Source: a virus
Virus genome (UHGV): UHGV-0148455
Reading direction: 5' to 3' (one strand)
DNA: 41,411 nucleotides
Of this stretch, positions 6,506 through 15,559 are shown in pieces. Position 1 is the first letter of the stretch. Every line of letters starts with the position of its first letter. The notes under the pieces were generated by a model that made no database searches, was not told where the DNA came from, and saw nothing but the letters and a program-made list of their open reading frames with translations. A program made the position numbers and the translations under genes.

Positions 6506-9145
6506 TTAATTATTCTCTGATTTTAATTGATTTACAATTTCTGTTACAAGTGTTCTCAAGTCGTTTTTTGCAACAAATCTAGAATTAAACTCATATTCCT
6601 TGTTTCTTAACTCATTATCTACCGCGGAATTTACCATGAAATTAAATTCATTACGTAAGTTCGTATCATCATACGGTGCTGGTAATTCTGTGCGTTTAAC
6701 GTAATCGTTTAATTCGTTTTTGGTTGCTAAATATGAGTCTATATCATCATAATTTCTAAGTTTATATTCAAGGTCATCTACTCTCTTTTGAAGAGAATTT
6801 ACACTATTTTTAAGTTCAATACCTAGTGAGTTGTCGTAACCAACCTTGTATTCTAGTGCCTCAACACGTTCTTTTAAAGGTGTATCATTATAAGGTGTTG
6901 TTAAATAACCTTTTTCAGATAATTCAGTTTTTGTAACAACATTATCTTTGAAAGTATTAAATTCAGTATTATCAACTTTCGAACTTAATTCTGACTTACT
7001 AACTGCAATATTTCTCAACGCTTCTAAATCGCTAGTAGTAGCAAGGTGTGAAAGTTCCTGATGTTTCTTAATAAATCCTTTGTTTTCTAACTGTTCATTA
7101 GTCACATAGCTTGATAAATCCACATTAGGTTTATTCTCTAATACTTCAACTCTATTTCTTAGTTCTGTATCGTTATAGATCGTATCTTTATCAACCTTAT
7201 TTTCAAGCACTTCTACACGTTCTTTTAAAGGTGTGTCATTGTAAGGTGTTGTTAAATAATTCTTGCTTTCTAACTCTTCTTTTGTAACTAAATTACTTAC
7301 ATCAGATATATATCCTTTAGTAGCTAATTCTTCTTTTGTAACAACATTATCTAAACTTTGATGTGTAGTCAGATATGCTTTGTTATTTAATTCTTCTTCA
7401 GTCACATAATGTTTAGTTTCTAACTCTTCTTTTGTAACCGCCTTAGCTAACTCTTCTTTTGTTGCTAGATTAGAAGTATCAATGTTACTTCCAGTACTTT
7501 CAGTTCCACCTACTTCTCTTATAATATTTTTTAGTTCCTCTTTAGGTACTACTTCTGAAAAATTTTTATTTGATAAGAATAGTACTTTGTTGTTAATATC
7601 TTGACGAACAGATTCGAGACTATAATCAGTCGGCAATGAGTTAGCTAAAGAATACATCGCAGCATCAAAATCTACAAATTGACTGTTGTTTTCGTCGCCT
7701 TTGAAAATTTGAATGTTCTCTAAGTTTTGTTTATCAACATTCGCTAAAATTTTACCAGCTCTTTTATCTGGAAATGTTTTTTCACTAGGAGTAGTAGTGT
7801 TATCTAAATAATTTTTAGCAGTATCATGGTGATAAGGTATATATAAAGGCTTTGTAGCGCTAGATGCTAATTGTTCAAGCTCGCTTTCTAACAGCTCGCC
7901 TGTAACAAATTTAGAAGTATCAACGCTACCGCCAATTGCTGGTCTGTTTTCCAACGCTGTAACACGTTCATTTAGTGGGCTGTCGTTGTATGGTTGGGGT
8001 ATTTCAGATTTTAAAGCATACGGTGTTAAATCTTGATGTTCAGTTAGATAAGCTTTGTTATTTAACTCTTCTTCAGTAATAAAAAAAGAAGTATCAACAG
8101 CAGGCTTACTCTCGATTTCAGTAAGTCTACGTTTAACTTCTGTGTCATCATATATTGTGTCATTATCCGTTTTTTGTTCCAAAACTTCAACACGTGCTTT
8201 TAAATCGCTATCGTTGTATAATTCTGATTTCAAAGCATAATTGTTTAACGCTTGATCCGTTAAGAAATGCTTATCCTCCAATTCTTGCTTAGTAACAAGG
8301 TTTGAAGTATCAACTGTTGGTTGACTGTTCCTAACTTCTTGTAATTCTTCTTTAGTAGCTAGATTACTTACATCTGAAATGTAATGTTTGTTCTCTAACT
8401 CCTCTTTAGTCACAAGGTTGTCAACATTCGGTTGACTACCACTAACATTTCTTAGTTCTTCTTTAGTGGCATAGTTTGATAAATCTACAGGAGGTTTATT
8501 CTCAAGCGTTGTAAGTCTTTCTTTAACTTCACTATCGTCATATACTGTGTCTTTATCAGTCTTCAGTTCTAATGCTAGCACTCTATTTTTAACTAATTCA
8601 AAGTTAGTGTTGTCTACTGCTTCAGTTTTTTTAGCGTAGAGTTCTTCAGCCTTAACCTCTGTTAGTAGTCCTTCTGTTGCTATTCCACCAACATTTTTTA
8701 AAACTTCTTTCAGTTCGTCCTTTGTTACAACGTCTAACCTATCTACAATAACAGTATTGTTGATAAAACGTTCTTTGACTTCGTAACGACTCATTTTGTC
8801 AATTTCAGATACTTTTACTTTGAACTTAAATCTGAATGTGTCTGATGTTCGTTGTTCTTCATCAAAGTATAAATAACAAATTACCGTTTCATTTTGAGTA
8901 ATTAAGCTAGTATCAAATGTTACATTTACTTTATTTCCTTCAACCGTCCCAGTAGTCTTCCAGATTTTATTACTTTCAGTAAATTTGAATAAAGCTGTAA
9001 CTTGTTCAGTTGTTAGTGTGTCGTTTAATATCTCAAACTCAAATGATCCGTTATTTTTATCATATGAGTATAATTCTGAATAACTATCTTCAGTTTTTCT
9101 TTCTTTTGTAGTGTTGTTAAATTCTAATTTAATTAATTTTTTCAT
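6506..9145 (-). CDS. BppU-like baseplate upper/fibre protein with long internal repeats
   Basis: N-terminal YSYDKNNGSFEF...FKFKVKVSEID (BppU-like), then many L(V/A)TKEEL and Y(N/D)DxxLKxRVxxLE repeats. Confidence 0.75.
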   Translation of the reverse strand: MKKLIKLEFNNTTKERKTEDSYSELYSYDKNNGSFEFEILNDTLTTEQVTALFKFTESNKIWKTTGTVEGNKVNVTFDTSLITQNETVICYLYFDEEQRTSDTFRFKFKVKVSEIDKMSRYEVKERFINNTVIVDRLDVVTKDELKEVLKNVGGIATEGLLTEVKAEELYAKKTEAVDNTNFELVKNRVLALELKTDKDTVYDDSEVKERLTTLENKPPVDLSNYATKEELRNVSGSQPNVDNLVTKEELENKHYISDVSNLATKEELQEVRNSQPTVDTSNLVTKQELEDKHFLTDQALNNYALKSELYNDSDLKARVEVLEQKTDNDTIYDDTEVKRRLTEIESKPAVDTSFFITEEELNNKAYLTEHQDLTPYALKSEIPQPYNDSPLNERVTALENRPAIGGSVDTSKFVTGELLESELEQLASSATKPLYIPYHHDTAKNYLDNTTTPSEKTFPDKRAGKILANVDKQNLENIQIFKGDENNSQFVDFDAAMYSLANSLPTDYSLESVRQDINNKVLFLSNKNFSEVVPKEELKNIIREVGGTESTGSNIDTSNLATKEELAKAVTKEELETKHYVTEEELNNKAYLTTHQSLDNVVTKEELATKGYISDVSNLVTKEELESKNYLTTPYNDTPLKERVEVLENKVDKDTIYNDTELRNRVEVLENKPNVDLSSYVTNEQLENKGFIKKHQELSHLATTSDLEALRNIAVSKSELSSKVDNTEFNTFKDNVVTKTELSEKGYLTTPYNDTPLKERVEALEYKVGYDNSLGIELKNSVNSLQKRVDDLEYKLRNYDDIDSYLATKNELNDYVKRTELPAPYDDTNLRNEFNFMVNSAVDNELRNKEYEFNSRFVAKNDLRTLVTEIVNQLKSENN

Positions 9146-9148
9146 TTC

Positions 9149-9526
9149 TTATTCCTTTCCGTCCAGTTCATCTCGTATCTTCTCTAACCTCTTCTTAATA
9201 CCAGTTGGAAATGGTACTCCTAAAGCACTTAGATTTTCTATGAGTGAAAGACAATAACTTAATATAAAAAATAACAAGAAAGCTGTTGCTATCTCGTTAA
9301 ATCCTAAATATAGTAAGTATGGATATACTGTGATACACATCACACATACTACAATGTGTTCAATCAATCCACGTCTATTTATTGTTGAGTTGAGTGTCTT
9401 TGTTACAAAAGCCTTTGCCACACCTGTTAGAATATCCAACAAAACAACAAGCGTAAAAGCATGAATGTACACATCTTGTACTAAATGATAATAGCGTTCG
9501 GCTAGTTCTGGTAGTGTAATTTCCAT
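9149..9526 (-). CDS. Holin (phage holin family 4 / Cp-1-like)
   Basis: LDILTGVAKA..LNSTINRRGL and SLIENLSALGVPFP motifs; three TM helices. Confidence 0.9.
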   Translation of the reverse strand: MEITLPELAERYYHLVQDVYIHAFTLVVLLDILTGVAKAFVTKTLNSTINRRGLIEHIVVCVMCITVYPYLLYLGFNEIATAFLLFFILSYCLSLIENLSALGVPFPTGIKKRLEKIRDELDGKE

Positions 9527-9546
9527 TAATCAAACTCCTTTCTTTT

Positions 9547-9579
9547 CAAAATAAAAGAGGGCTTTAAGACCCCTCTTTT
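9547..9579 (-). terminator. Intrinsic terminator-like hairpin before the holin
   Basis: AAAAGAGGG-GTCTTAAAG-CCCTCTTTT-ATTTT. Confidence 0.65.
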
Positions 9580-9701
9580 GCTAGGTGTTCTAAATCCATA
9601 TCGATTAAGCATTCTTTAACTTTTTCTTTCAAAAAGTTTGGTACTTGTGCAAACGTACGTTTACCTTTTGCTATGTTAATTGCGAATAGCATTGCCATCA
9701 T
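9564..9701 (-). CDS. CD1375/XkdX-like small tail-associated protein
   Basis: MMAMLFAINIAKGKRTFAQVP..LKEKVKECL; start at 9701 after GGAGGTG. Confidence 0.75.
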   Translation of the reverse strand: MMAMLFAINIAKGKRTFAQVPNFLKEKVKECLIDMDLEHLAKEGS

Positions 9702-10098
9702 TACTGTCACCTCCTTCACTTGAATTTTTAGGTTGTGAATTATCTTCATGGTGTTCATCCTCCAAACTTCCACTCATTTGTGTGATTAAATCCATTAGTG
9801 ATCCTTGTGTAACATCTAGTTCCTTCTTCATCTTATCCAGTTCAGCTAGTTTAGTATCTACTTGCTTAAGTTTTTCATCAAGTTTAGCAAATCGTTCATT
9901 CTCTGCACGGTTAGGGAATGTATCTTGATAGAATTTCTCTAACACTAAATTAACTAAATCATAATCAGAATGTTTCGATAAATCACCATCTAAATTTTTA
10001 GTGATAATAATCGACATATCTTCATTTGTAATTTGAACCCTTGTTTTCGGATTATCAGCACCAAGCTCAAATCCATTTTTCCAAGCTAGTTTAAACAT
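9676..10098 (-). CDS. DUF1366-like tail-associated protein
   Basis: Position after the tail fibre; FYQDTFPNRAENERF followed by a coiled coil. Confidence 0.65.
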   Translation of the reverse strand: MFKLAWKNGFELGADNPKTRVQITNEDMSIIITKNLDGDLSKHSDYDLVNLVLEKFYQDTFPNRAENERFAKLDEKLKQVDTKLAELDKMKKELDVTQGSLMDLITQMSGSLEDEHHEDNSQPKNSSEGGDSNDGNAIRN

Positions 10099-10294
10099 TT
10101 TCTTCATCTCCTTTTGGTTTATTAATAATATCCGTTAATTGGATAAGTTCACGTCTTTGCCATTCAACTAAAATTTGTGATAACATACCTACAACTATAA
10201 ATGGCGGTATCCCGTTTTCATTTGCTGTAATATCTATAAATTTTGCAATATCATTTTTAGCTGTAGTAAGTTTAATTTCTAAAGGTTTGTTCAT
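10091..10294 (-). CDS. Hypothetical protein
   Basis: 67 aa ORF coupled between tail genes. Confidence 0.7.
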   Translation of the reverse strand: MNKPLEIKLTTAKNDIAKFIDITANENGIPPFIVVGMLSQILVEWQRRELIQLTDIINKPKGDEENV

Positions 10295-10300
10295 ATTTCT

Positions 10301-13300
10301 CTATGCTCCTATCAATATTCCATTTTTAAATGTTAAGTTTTTAGTGTACCAACGGATACTACCTCCGCCGGCGTCTTCTATTCTAGTTACTATTGGTACA
10401 ATTCCATCTACTCCGTCAGTGATGTTAAACCAAGAAGTCCTTGTTTTAAAGTACCAAATCTCATTCCATCTGAAATTAGTATTGCAACCAGCGTTAAGTG
10501 TATCTGCGTAAGTATCACCAACTGAACCTGATGTATAGTACCATTTCCAAGTATAATGGTCATCTGTCCTTTTTTGTCTGTAAGCCCAACCCATGAACCA
10601 TCCATCATACTCAAGGTGGAATTGAATACCTTTTTTATTATTATCATTTGCATAATAACCTGTACCCATATTACCCAGGTTGTAACCATCACGCCAAAAA
10701 GTATAGTTGCCATCATCTATCCTTGCTCGTAAACTATTATTATTAGCATTACCGCTATAAAAATTAAGTCCTCCTCCTTCAAATTTAACGAAATTCGAAA
10801 GACTATTCCACGCTATTTTTACTGAATAAGCATTTTGGGTTAACAATGTTCCAAAATTACCGCTTGTTACTGAACTTTCAATTCTATCTGATAAGACTTT
10901 TAATTCAGATTTAGATATTAAATTCTCAAGATCTCTTTTATTAGCATAATTGTTTGAAAGGTACGCATTGGTTGGATAATTAGTTAATTTCTCTTCAATT
11001 TCCTTTCTAGCACTAAGTGTTACCGCCTCTTTACTTTGGTCAATCATACTACTAATATCTATTAACGAGTTTTGAGTAGCTAGAGTTACACCAAAACGCA
11101 ACTCGTAAAGTCGCACGTTGATTATTTTCAATGAATTTGTCTTATGGAAAATATAAAAATTTTCGTCATAATAAGATGAAATAATAAACTCATTATCTTT
11201 TAGTTTCAACTCTTCTGTTAATTGTGTAGTTCCCCAGTTATAACCTATCAACTGACCTCCATCACCTGCCGAAAACCATTTATCAGATGGTAAACTTGCT
11301 AAGTCAAATCGCACTAAGAAAAATTTACCCTTTGCACCTGTTATATTATGATTTATTTTATAAGAATAAAAATTAGATTGGTTAGTTGCTGATCCCAACG
11401 ATGTAAACCGATTATTTTGTTCTATGAATTCTCTATAGTCTCCCTCATATATTTCAACCTTATAAACGTTTGAAAATTCCCCTAAAGGATAAATGTTGAC
11501 TCTGTTTTGTTCTGTCGCATAATCAACCACCCAAACATTCCGACCATCTTTTAGCCATTGTTCACCACCCCCACTTTTCGCTCCATACACTTTAGTTCGT
11601 TGATGAACATCACCTTTTACTAAATTAACGCTAACTATAACCGTGTATTTAGTATTAGCTTTCAACGATGGTGATACATTGAAGTATAAGTCATTACCTT
11701 GTTTTCTAGTAGAAAAATCTTCGGTACATAAGTTAGGTGTATTAACGATAGTCTTTATCTCTTTACTTTTAATTTCACCTATTACAGATTTAAAACTATC
11801 TAAGGTACTTTCAAAAGTTTTAAATTTCCTTATTGATTCTTTAACTTCTTCAACGTTTGGAACATTGTCTAATCTAGCGTTAGCAACTGTGTTTAAATCT
11901 TTGTAAGTAACTAGAGCAATTAATTCTAACCCTATAGGGTAAGGCTGTTCTTTGTTCCCCCAACTTACGTTCGTTAAAAATCCTGTATTGTCGACTTTCG
12001 CAGTCCAAAAATTGCTCCACGTATTTAAAATACCACCCTTGAATTTTACCTGAGCGTTAAACCCATCAGTTATCTTTTGACCGTCATAAAACACATCCAA
12101 ATAACCCTTAACGTTATTTGTTACTCCATTAATGTAAGTGCCTTCTAATCTTAGGTTAGCTGTAAGTGTGTGGCCATCTGTTCCATTACGTCCATTAGCT
12201 CCATTTTCACCTTTTATCTTCACCCATTTGTAACGTCGATAATCATTACTATCGTTAATTTCAAAGTCTGTATAAGTCCCGATGTATTCCTTGCCGTTAC
12301 TGTTAGTCGTACTAAAATCACGGTCTCCAGTAGATGAATTAGCATAAGCCGTGTGTAAATAGCTAGTTCTACCGTCTGAACCTCGAGCACCCGGCACACC
12401 TTGTTGACCATCTTCACCCTTAATCTTACTCCAAGTATAGGACGTTGGCGTTGTTGGGGCTGTTGCACTAGTACCGGTATAAATCCCTATATACTTAAGA
12501 TTAGGGTTATCACTCATCGGTGACCCGTTGGCGTTGTCGCTGTATTTACGGTAGATGTAACTACTTACACCATCTCGTCCGTTATTTCCGTTACGTCCAT
12601 CTTCCCCTTTGATTTTAACCCACTTATACTTTCTATAATCAGTACTATCAGCAACCTCAAAGTCGCTGTATGTTCCGATATATAGTTTATCGTTACTATT
12701 TGTTGTGCTAAAATCTCTGTCACCAGTAGGACTATTAGCATAAGCTGTATGGAAATATGGCGTACGACCGTCAGCACCTTTAGTCCCAGGAGTTCCGTTT
12801 GCTCCGTCCTCACCTTTGATTTTCGACCACAAATAACTACTTGCTGTTGTCGGTGGTGTCGGGCTTGTTCCTGTGTAAATACCGATGTATTTCAAGTTAG
12901 AATTATCACTCATGTTAGCACCATTTGAATAGTCGCTATATTTTCTATGAATATAATTACTTACACCGTCACGACCTCGTAAGTCTTCGTAAGCCGGGCT
13001 CCACTCGGTTGCGGTGTCACCACGTTCTAATTTGATATTGTCGATGTAAAAGTTGGCAAGTTGTTGCGGTTTGCAATGAATCATTAACCGGCACTTTCTC
13101 ATATCGCTCCCCACGGTGAACGTTTTCGAAACACGTTTATATTTCTTTAATTCAAGCCCTATTGTTGCTAGGTCTAATTGTTGCCACTCTTGTGCTTTAA
13201 TCGTGTTATCTTCACCAATGTAGTGAATACCTAAAAACAACGTCGAATAATTATTTAACGCATCCTTTCCTAAGTCCATTGATAAGGTTAGTTTTTCACC

Positions 13301-15193
13301 CTGTTTTGCTATAAAGTTAAACATAGACCCTAAACCTTTATCATTCCCGTTAGGTGTGCCCCAAAAGTGGTATCCTCTCCCGAAATTAGTTATTGCGTGA
13401 CCTTTTTGGTAATTCAACCCACTATTAATTAATCTTGGCATTTCCCAGTTTTCAAGCTCTTTTACAAAGTTTGAATTAGGTACCAAGTTTTCATTTATAG
13501 ACTTACCGTCCACACCATCTCTACCATTATTTCCGTCACGACCTCTTGCTCCGTCTTCTCCACGAATTTTAGTCCAGCTATACTCACTTGGGTTGGTTGG
13601 TGCTTGTTGTTTGTTGCCGGTATATATCCCGATATATTTTAGATTAGAGTTATCACTCATAGGTGTCCCATTAGCATTATCGCTATATTTACGGTGGATG
13701 TAGCTACTTGTTCCATCTTGCCCTTTAAGTGTTGATTTTTTACTTTCAACAACTCTTTCAATCTCTGAACTCATTTGTTGTCGTAAGCCATTAGAATCGT
13801 TTACGAAACTATTAAATTTTGTTTCACTAACCATACCTTTCCTGATTTCACTAACAGTATTACTGCTTAATTGTTCAAAAGTAAGGCTACCTGTTGTAAT
13901 TCTAGCAGCGTCAAGTTCTATGATTTTTGCTATTGCGGTAGCTAAGTTTTGGGTTGAAACGCTTGAGTCAGTGATTTTAGTTATTAACCCCTCAATATTC
14001 CCGGTTGATGTTTTTAAAACCCACTGATTATTTTCATATATATATAAGTCGGTGAATGCTCCGTTAGGTTTAAACCATGTATCACCCTCTTTTGGGTTAG
14101 TTGGTTCAACCGTATCAGCATACACATAGTTTCCTGAAGCCCCCAATCGAGCATTAATAAACTCAATTTGACGTTCAACTGTTCCTTTATATTCTGTCGT
14201 TGAAGTTGTAGTCCCCTTGACATTAGCCCCTATAGTAGACTTTAAACCACCACTATAAGATAGCTTTAATTCCAAGATAGGAAACGCACGGTAAGAGCCG
14301 TTAGCTATTTCTATAGAAACCCAATCACCTACTTCAACAAACGGATCACCACGCCAATTTAATTTAAAAGGGTTAAATCTTAATCTTGAATACTCTGAGA
14401 AAATAGAATTTAACCACCCTTGAGTCATTAACGGGTTAGTAAGTTTAACCTGTGTACCTAACGGGCTACCAACAGCTAATATTGTTTTCTCTTGGTTATT
14501 TAAACTGATAGAAATACCGTTAATTCTGTATTCTACCTCGTCTACTTCCAAACCTTTTAAAAGATAAGAACCTTTTGAGATTTGTTTTTGAGTTCTATTT
14601 AATTTTCTAAACTCTAATTCACCGTTGTTATTGAAAATTACAAAAGCTCCTACTGTCTGTGCTAAGTAACCTAACATTTCACGGTAAGTAACTTTTTCTA
14701 ATTTTTTACTAAAACTAGGTAAGCTTGTTATATTTAGATTATTATTAACCCTCAAATTACAGCTATTAGCTATCTCTTGTACTATATTCCTTCCTAAGGT
14801 TGGATAAAGTAAAGTAGAAGTATATTTATCATTTAAAAAAGCCATTTTATCCATGGCTTTTAACGTTGTTGTTTTATTATTTCTATCAAGCTTTATTTCA
14901 GTTAAAAAGAACTCTCCAATTTGCCTTTCGACAATCCCGCTAGACGTTTGAACAGAGAATGAAACCTTTATTAACTCCCTCTCCGCTAATCCTTCTATTA
15001 ATCTCTTGAATTTAATATCTACTGTTGAAGCATTTGTAGCACCAATAGTAAGTGTATTCCCGGAAATTGAACTAACATAGTCTATTGATGAAATATCATC
15101 AGACAATTTCTGACCTTTTATTGTTACGTTCCCAGTAATTCGTCTCGAGGGTGCATTTATTGCTTCTTGATAACTTGTGTTGTTGTTAAACAT
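10301..15193 (-). CDS. Tail/host-specificity protein (antireceptor) with collagen-like repeats and carbohydrate-binding-like modules
   Basis: 1630 aa; GxDGxxG collagen stretches, repeated SYIHRKYSD/YxHTAYANS modules, and a CBM-like NLVPNSNF...NIKLERG domain. Confidence 0.88.
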   Translation of the reverse strand: MFNNNTSYQEAINAPSRRITGNVTIKGQKLSDDISSIDYVSSISGNTLTIGATNASTVDIKFKRLIEGLAERELIKVSFSVQTSSGIVERQIGEFFLTEIKLDRNNKTTTLKAMDKMAFLNDKYTSTLLYPTLGRNIVQEIANSCNLRVNNNLNITSLPSFSKKLEKVTYREMLGYLAQTVGAFVIFNNNGELEFRKLNRTQKQISKGSYLLKGLEVDEVEYRINGISISLNNQEKTILAVGSPLGTQVKLTNPLMTQGWLNSIFSEYSRLRFNPFKLNWRGDPFVEVGDWVSIEIANGSYRAFPILELKLSYSGGLKSTIGANVKGTTTSTTEYKGTVERQIEFINARLGASGNYVYADTVEPTNPKEGDTWFKPNGAFTDLYIYENNQWVLKTSTGNIEGLITKITDSSVSTQNLATAIAKIIELDAARITTGSLTFEQLSSNTVSEIRKGMVSETKFNSFVNDSNGLRQQMSSEIERVVESKKSTLKGQDGTSSYIHRKYSDNANGTPMSDNSNLKYIGIYTGNKQQAPTNPSEYSWTKIRGEDGARGRDGNNGRDGVDGKSINENLVPNSNFVKELENWEMPRLINSGLNYQKGHAITNFGRGYHFWGTPNGNDKGLGSMFNFIAKQGEKLTLSMDLGKDALNNYSTLFLGIHYIGEDNTIKAQEWQQLDLATIGLELKKYKRVSKTFTVGSDMRKCRLMIHCKPQQLANFYIDNIKLERGDTATEWSPAYEDLRGRDGVSNYIHRKYSDYSNGANMSDNSNLKYIGIYTGTSPTPPTTASSYLWSKIKGEDGANGTPGTKGADGRTPYFHTAYANSPTGDRDFSTTNSNDKLYIGTYSDFEVADSTDYRKYKWVKIKGEDGRNGNNGRDGVSSYIYRKYSDNANGSPMSDNPNLKYIGIYTGTSATAPTTPTSYTWSKIKGEDGQQGVPGARGSDGRTSYLHTAYANSSTGDRDFSTTNSNGKEYIGTYTDFEINDSNDYRRYKWVKIKGENGANGRNGTDGHTLTANLRLEGTYINGVTNNVKGYLDVFYDGQKITDGFNAQVKFKGGILNTWSNFWTAKVDNTGFLTNVSWGNKEQPYPIGLELIALVTYKDLNTVANARLDNVPNVEEVKESIRKFKTFESTLDSFKSVIGEIKSKEIKTIVNTPNLCTEDFSTRKQGNDLYFNVSPSLKANTKYTVIVSVNLVKGDVHQRTKVYGAKSGGGEQWLKDGRNVWVVDYATEQNRVNIYPLGEFSNVYKVEIYEGDYREFIEQNNRFTSLGSATNQSNFYSYKINHNITGAKGKFFLVRFDLASLPSDKWFSAGDGGQLIGYNWGTTQLTEELKLKDNEFIISSYYDENFYIFHKTNSLKIINVRLYELRFGVTLATQNSLIDISSMIDQSKEAVTLSARKEIEEKLTNYPTNAYLSNNYANKRDLENLISKSELKVLSDRIESSVTSGNFGTLLTQNAYSVKIAWNSLSNFVKFEGGGLNFYSGNANNNSLRARIDDGNYTFWRDGYNLGNMGTGYYANDNNKKGIQFHLEYDGWFMGWAYRQKRTDDHYTWKWYYTSGSVGDTYADTLNAGCNTNFRWNEIWYFKTRTSWFNITDGVDGIVPIVTRIEDAGGGSIRWYTKNLTFKNGILIGA
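12205..13712 (-). repeat. Repeated modules in the tail fibre gene (3 copies of module A, 2 of module B)
   Basis: A at ~13561-13712, ~12810-12970, ~12413-12575; B at ~12600-12775, ~12205-12375; linked by collagen triplets. Confidence 0.85.
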
Positions 15194-15199
15194 ATTAAC

Positions 15200-15550
15200 C
15201 TACCTTTCTATGAAGTTCATTTTTAAGCCACTCCACGGCTTGAATTTTTCACTAAAACTATAAGCTGGTGAACTTCTATCACCAACGTAAAATGTTTTTG
15301 TTGTTTGACCTATGATAGGGTCAGGGTAGGAAACTGAAAAAAATTCACTTGTAACGCTACTCAATAAGGTACTCATTTCAGACTGAGTTAAAAAACCCCA
15401 TTCACAATCTAATTTTCTTTTGGTTGTGACTCTATCTCTTACCATATTACCGTTAGCGTCTCGTCCTGTTTCTCCGTCAATATCTTGTATCGATACTTGG
15501 AATGATTTAGGAGTAACAATTGTTACTCCATTAATAATTAACTTTGCCAT
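15200..15550 (-). CDS. Distal tail protein (DUF6711-like)
   Basis: GRDANGNMVRDRV..KRKL...FYVGDR...FIER; directly follows the tape measure gene. Confidence 0.75.
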   Translation of the reverse strand: MAKLIINGVTIVTPKSFQVSIQDIDGETGRDANGNMVRDRVTTKRKLDCEWGFLTQSEMSTLLSSVTSEFFSVSYPDPIIGQTTKTFYVGDRSSPAYSFSEKFKPWSGLKMNFIER

Positions 15551-15559
15551 TTGTTCCTC

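Noticed and set aside
10408..14223. Same-strand alternative-frame ORFs inside the tail fibre gene (10408, 12220, 12565, 14014)
   Set aside because: No convincing RBS or motifs; explained by repeats and codon bias, unlike the nested MTase ORF.
10301..15193. Diversity-generating retroelement or invertible shufflon acting on the tail fibre
   Set aside because: No reverse transcriptase or invertase in the genome, and the repeats are in-frame direct modules, not adenine-variant TR/VR pairs.
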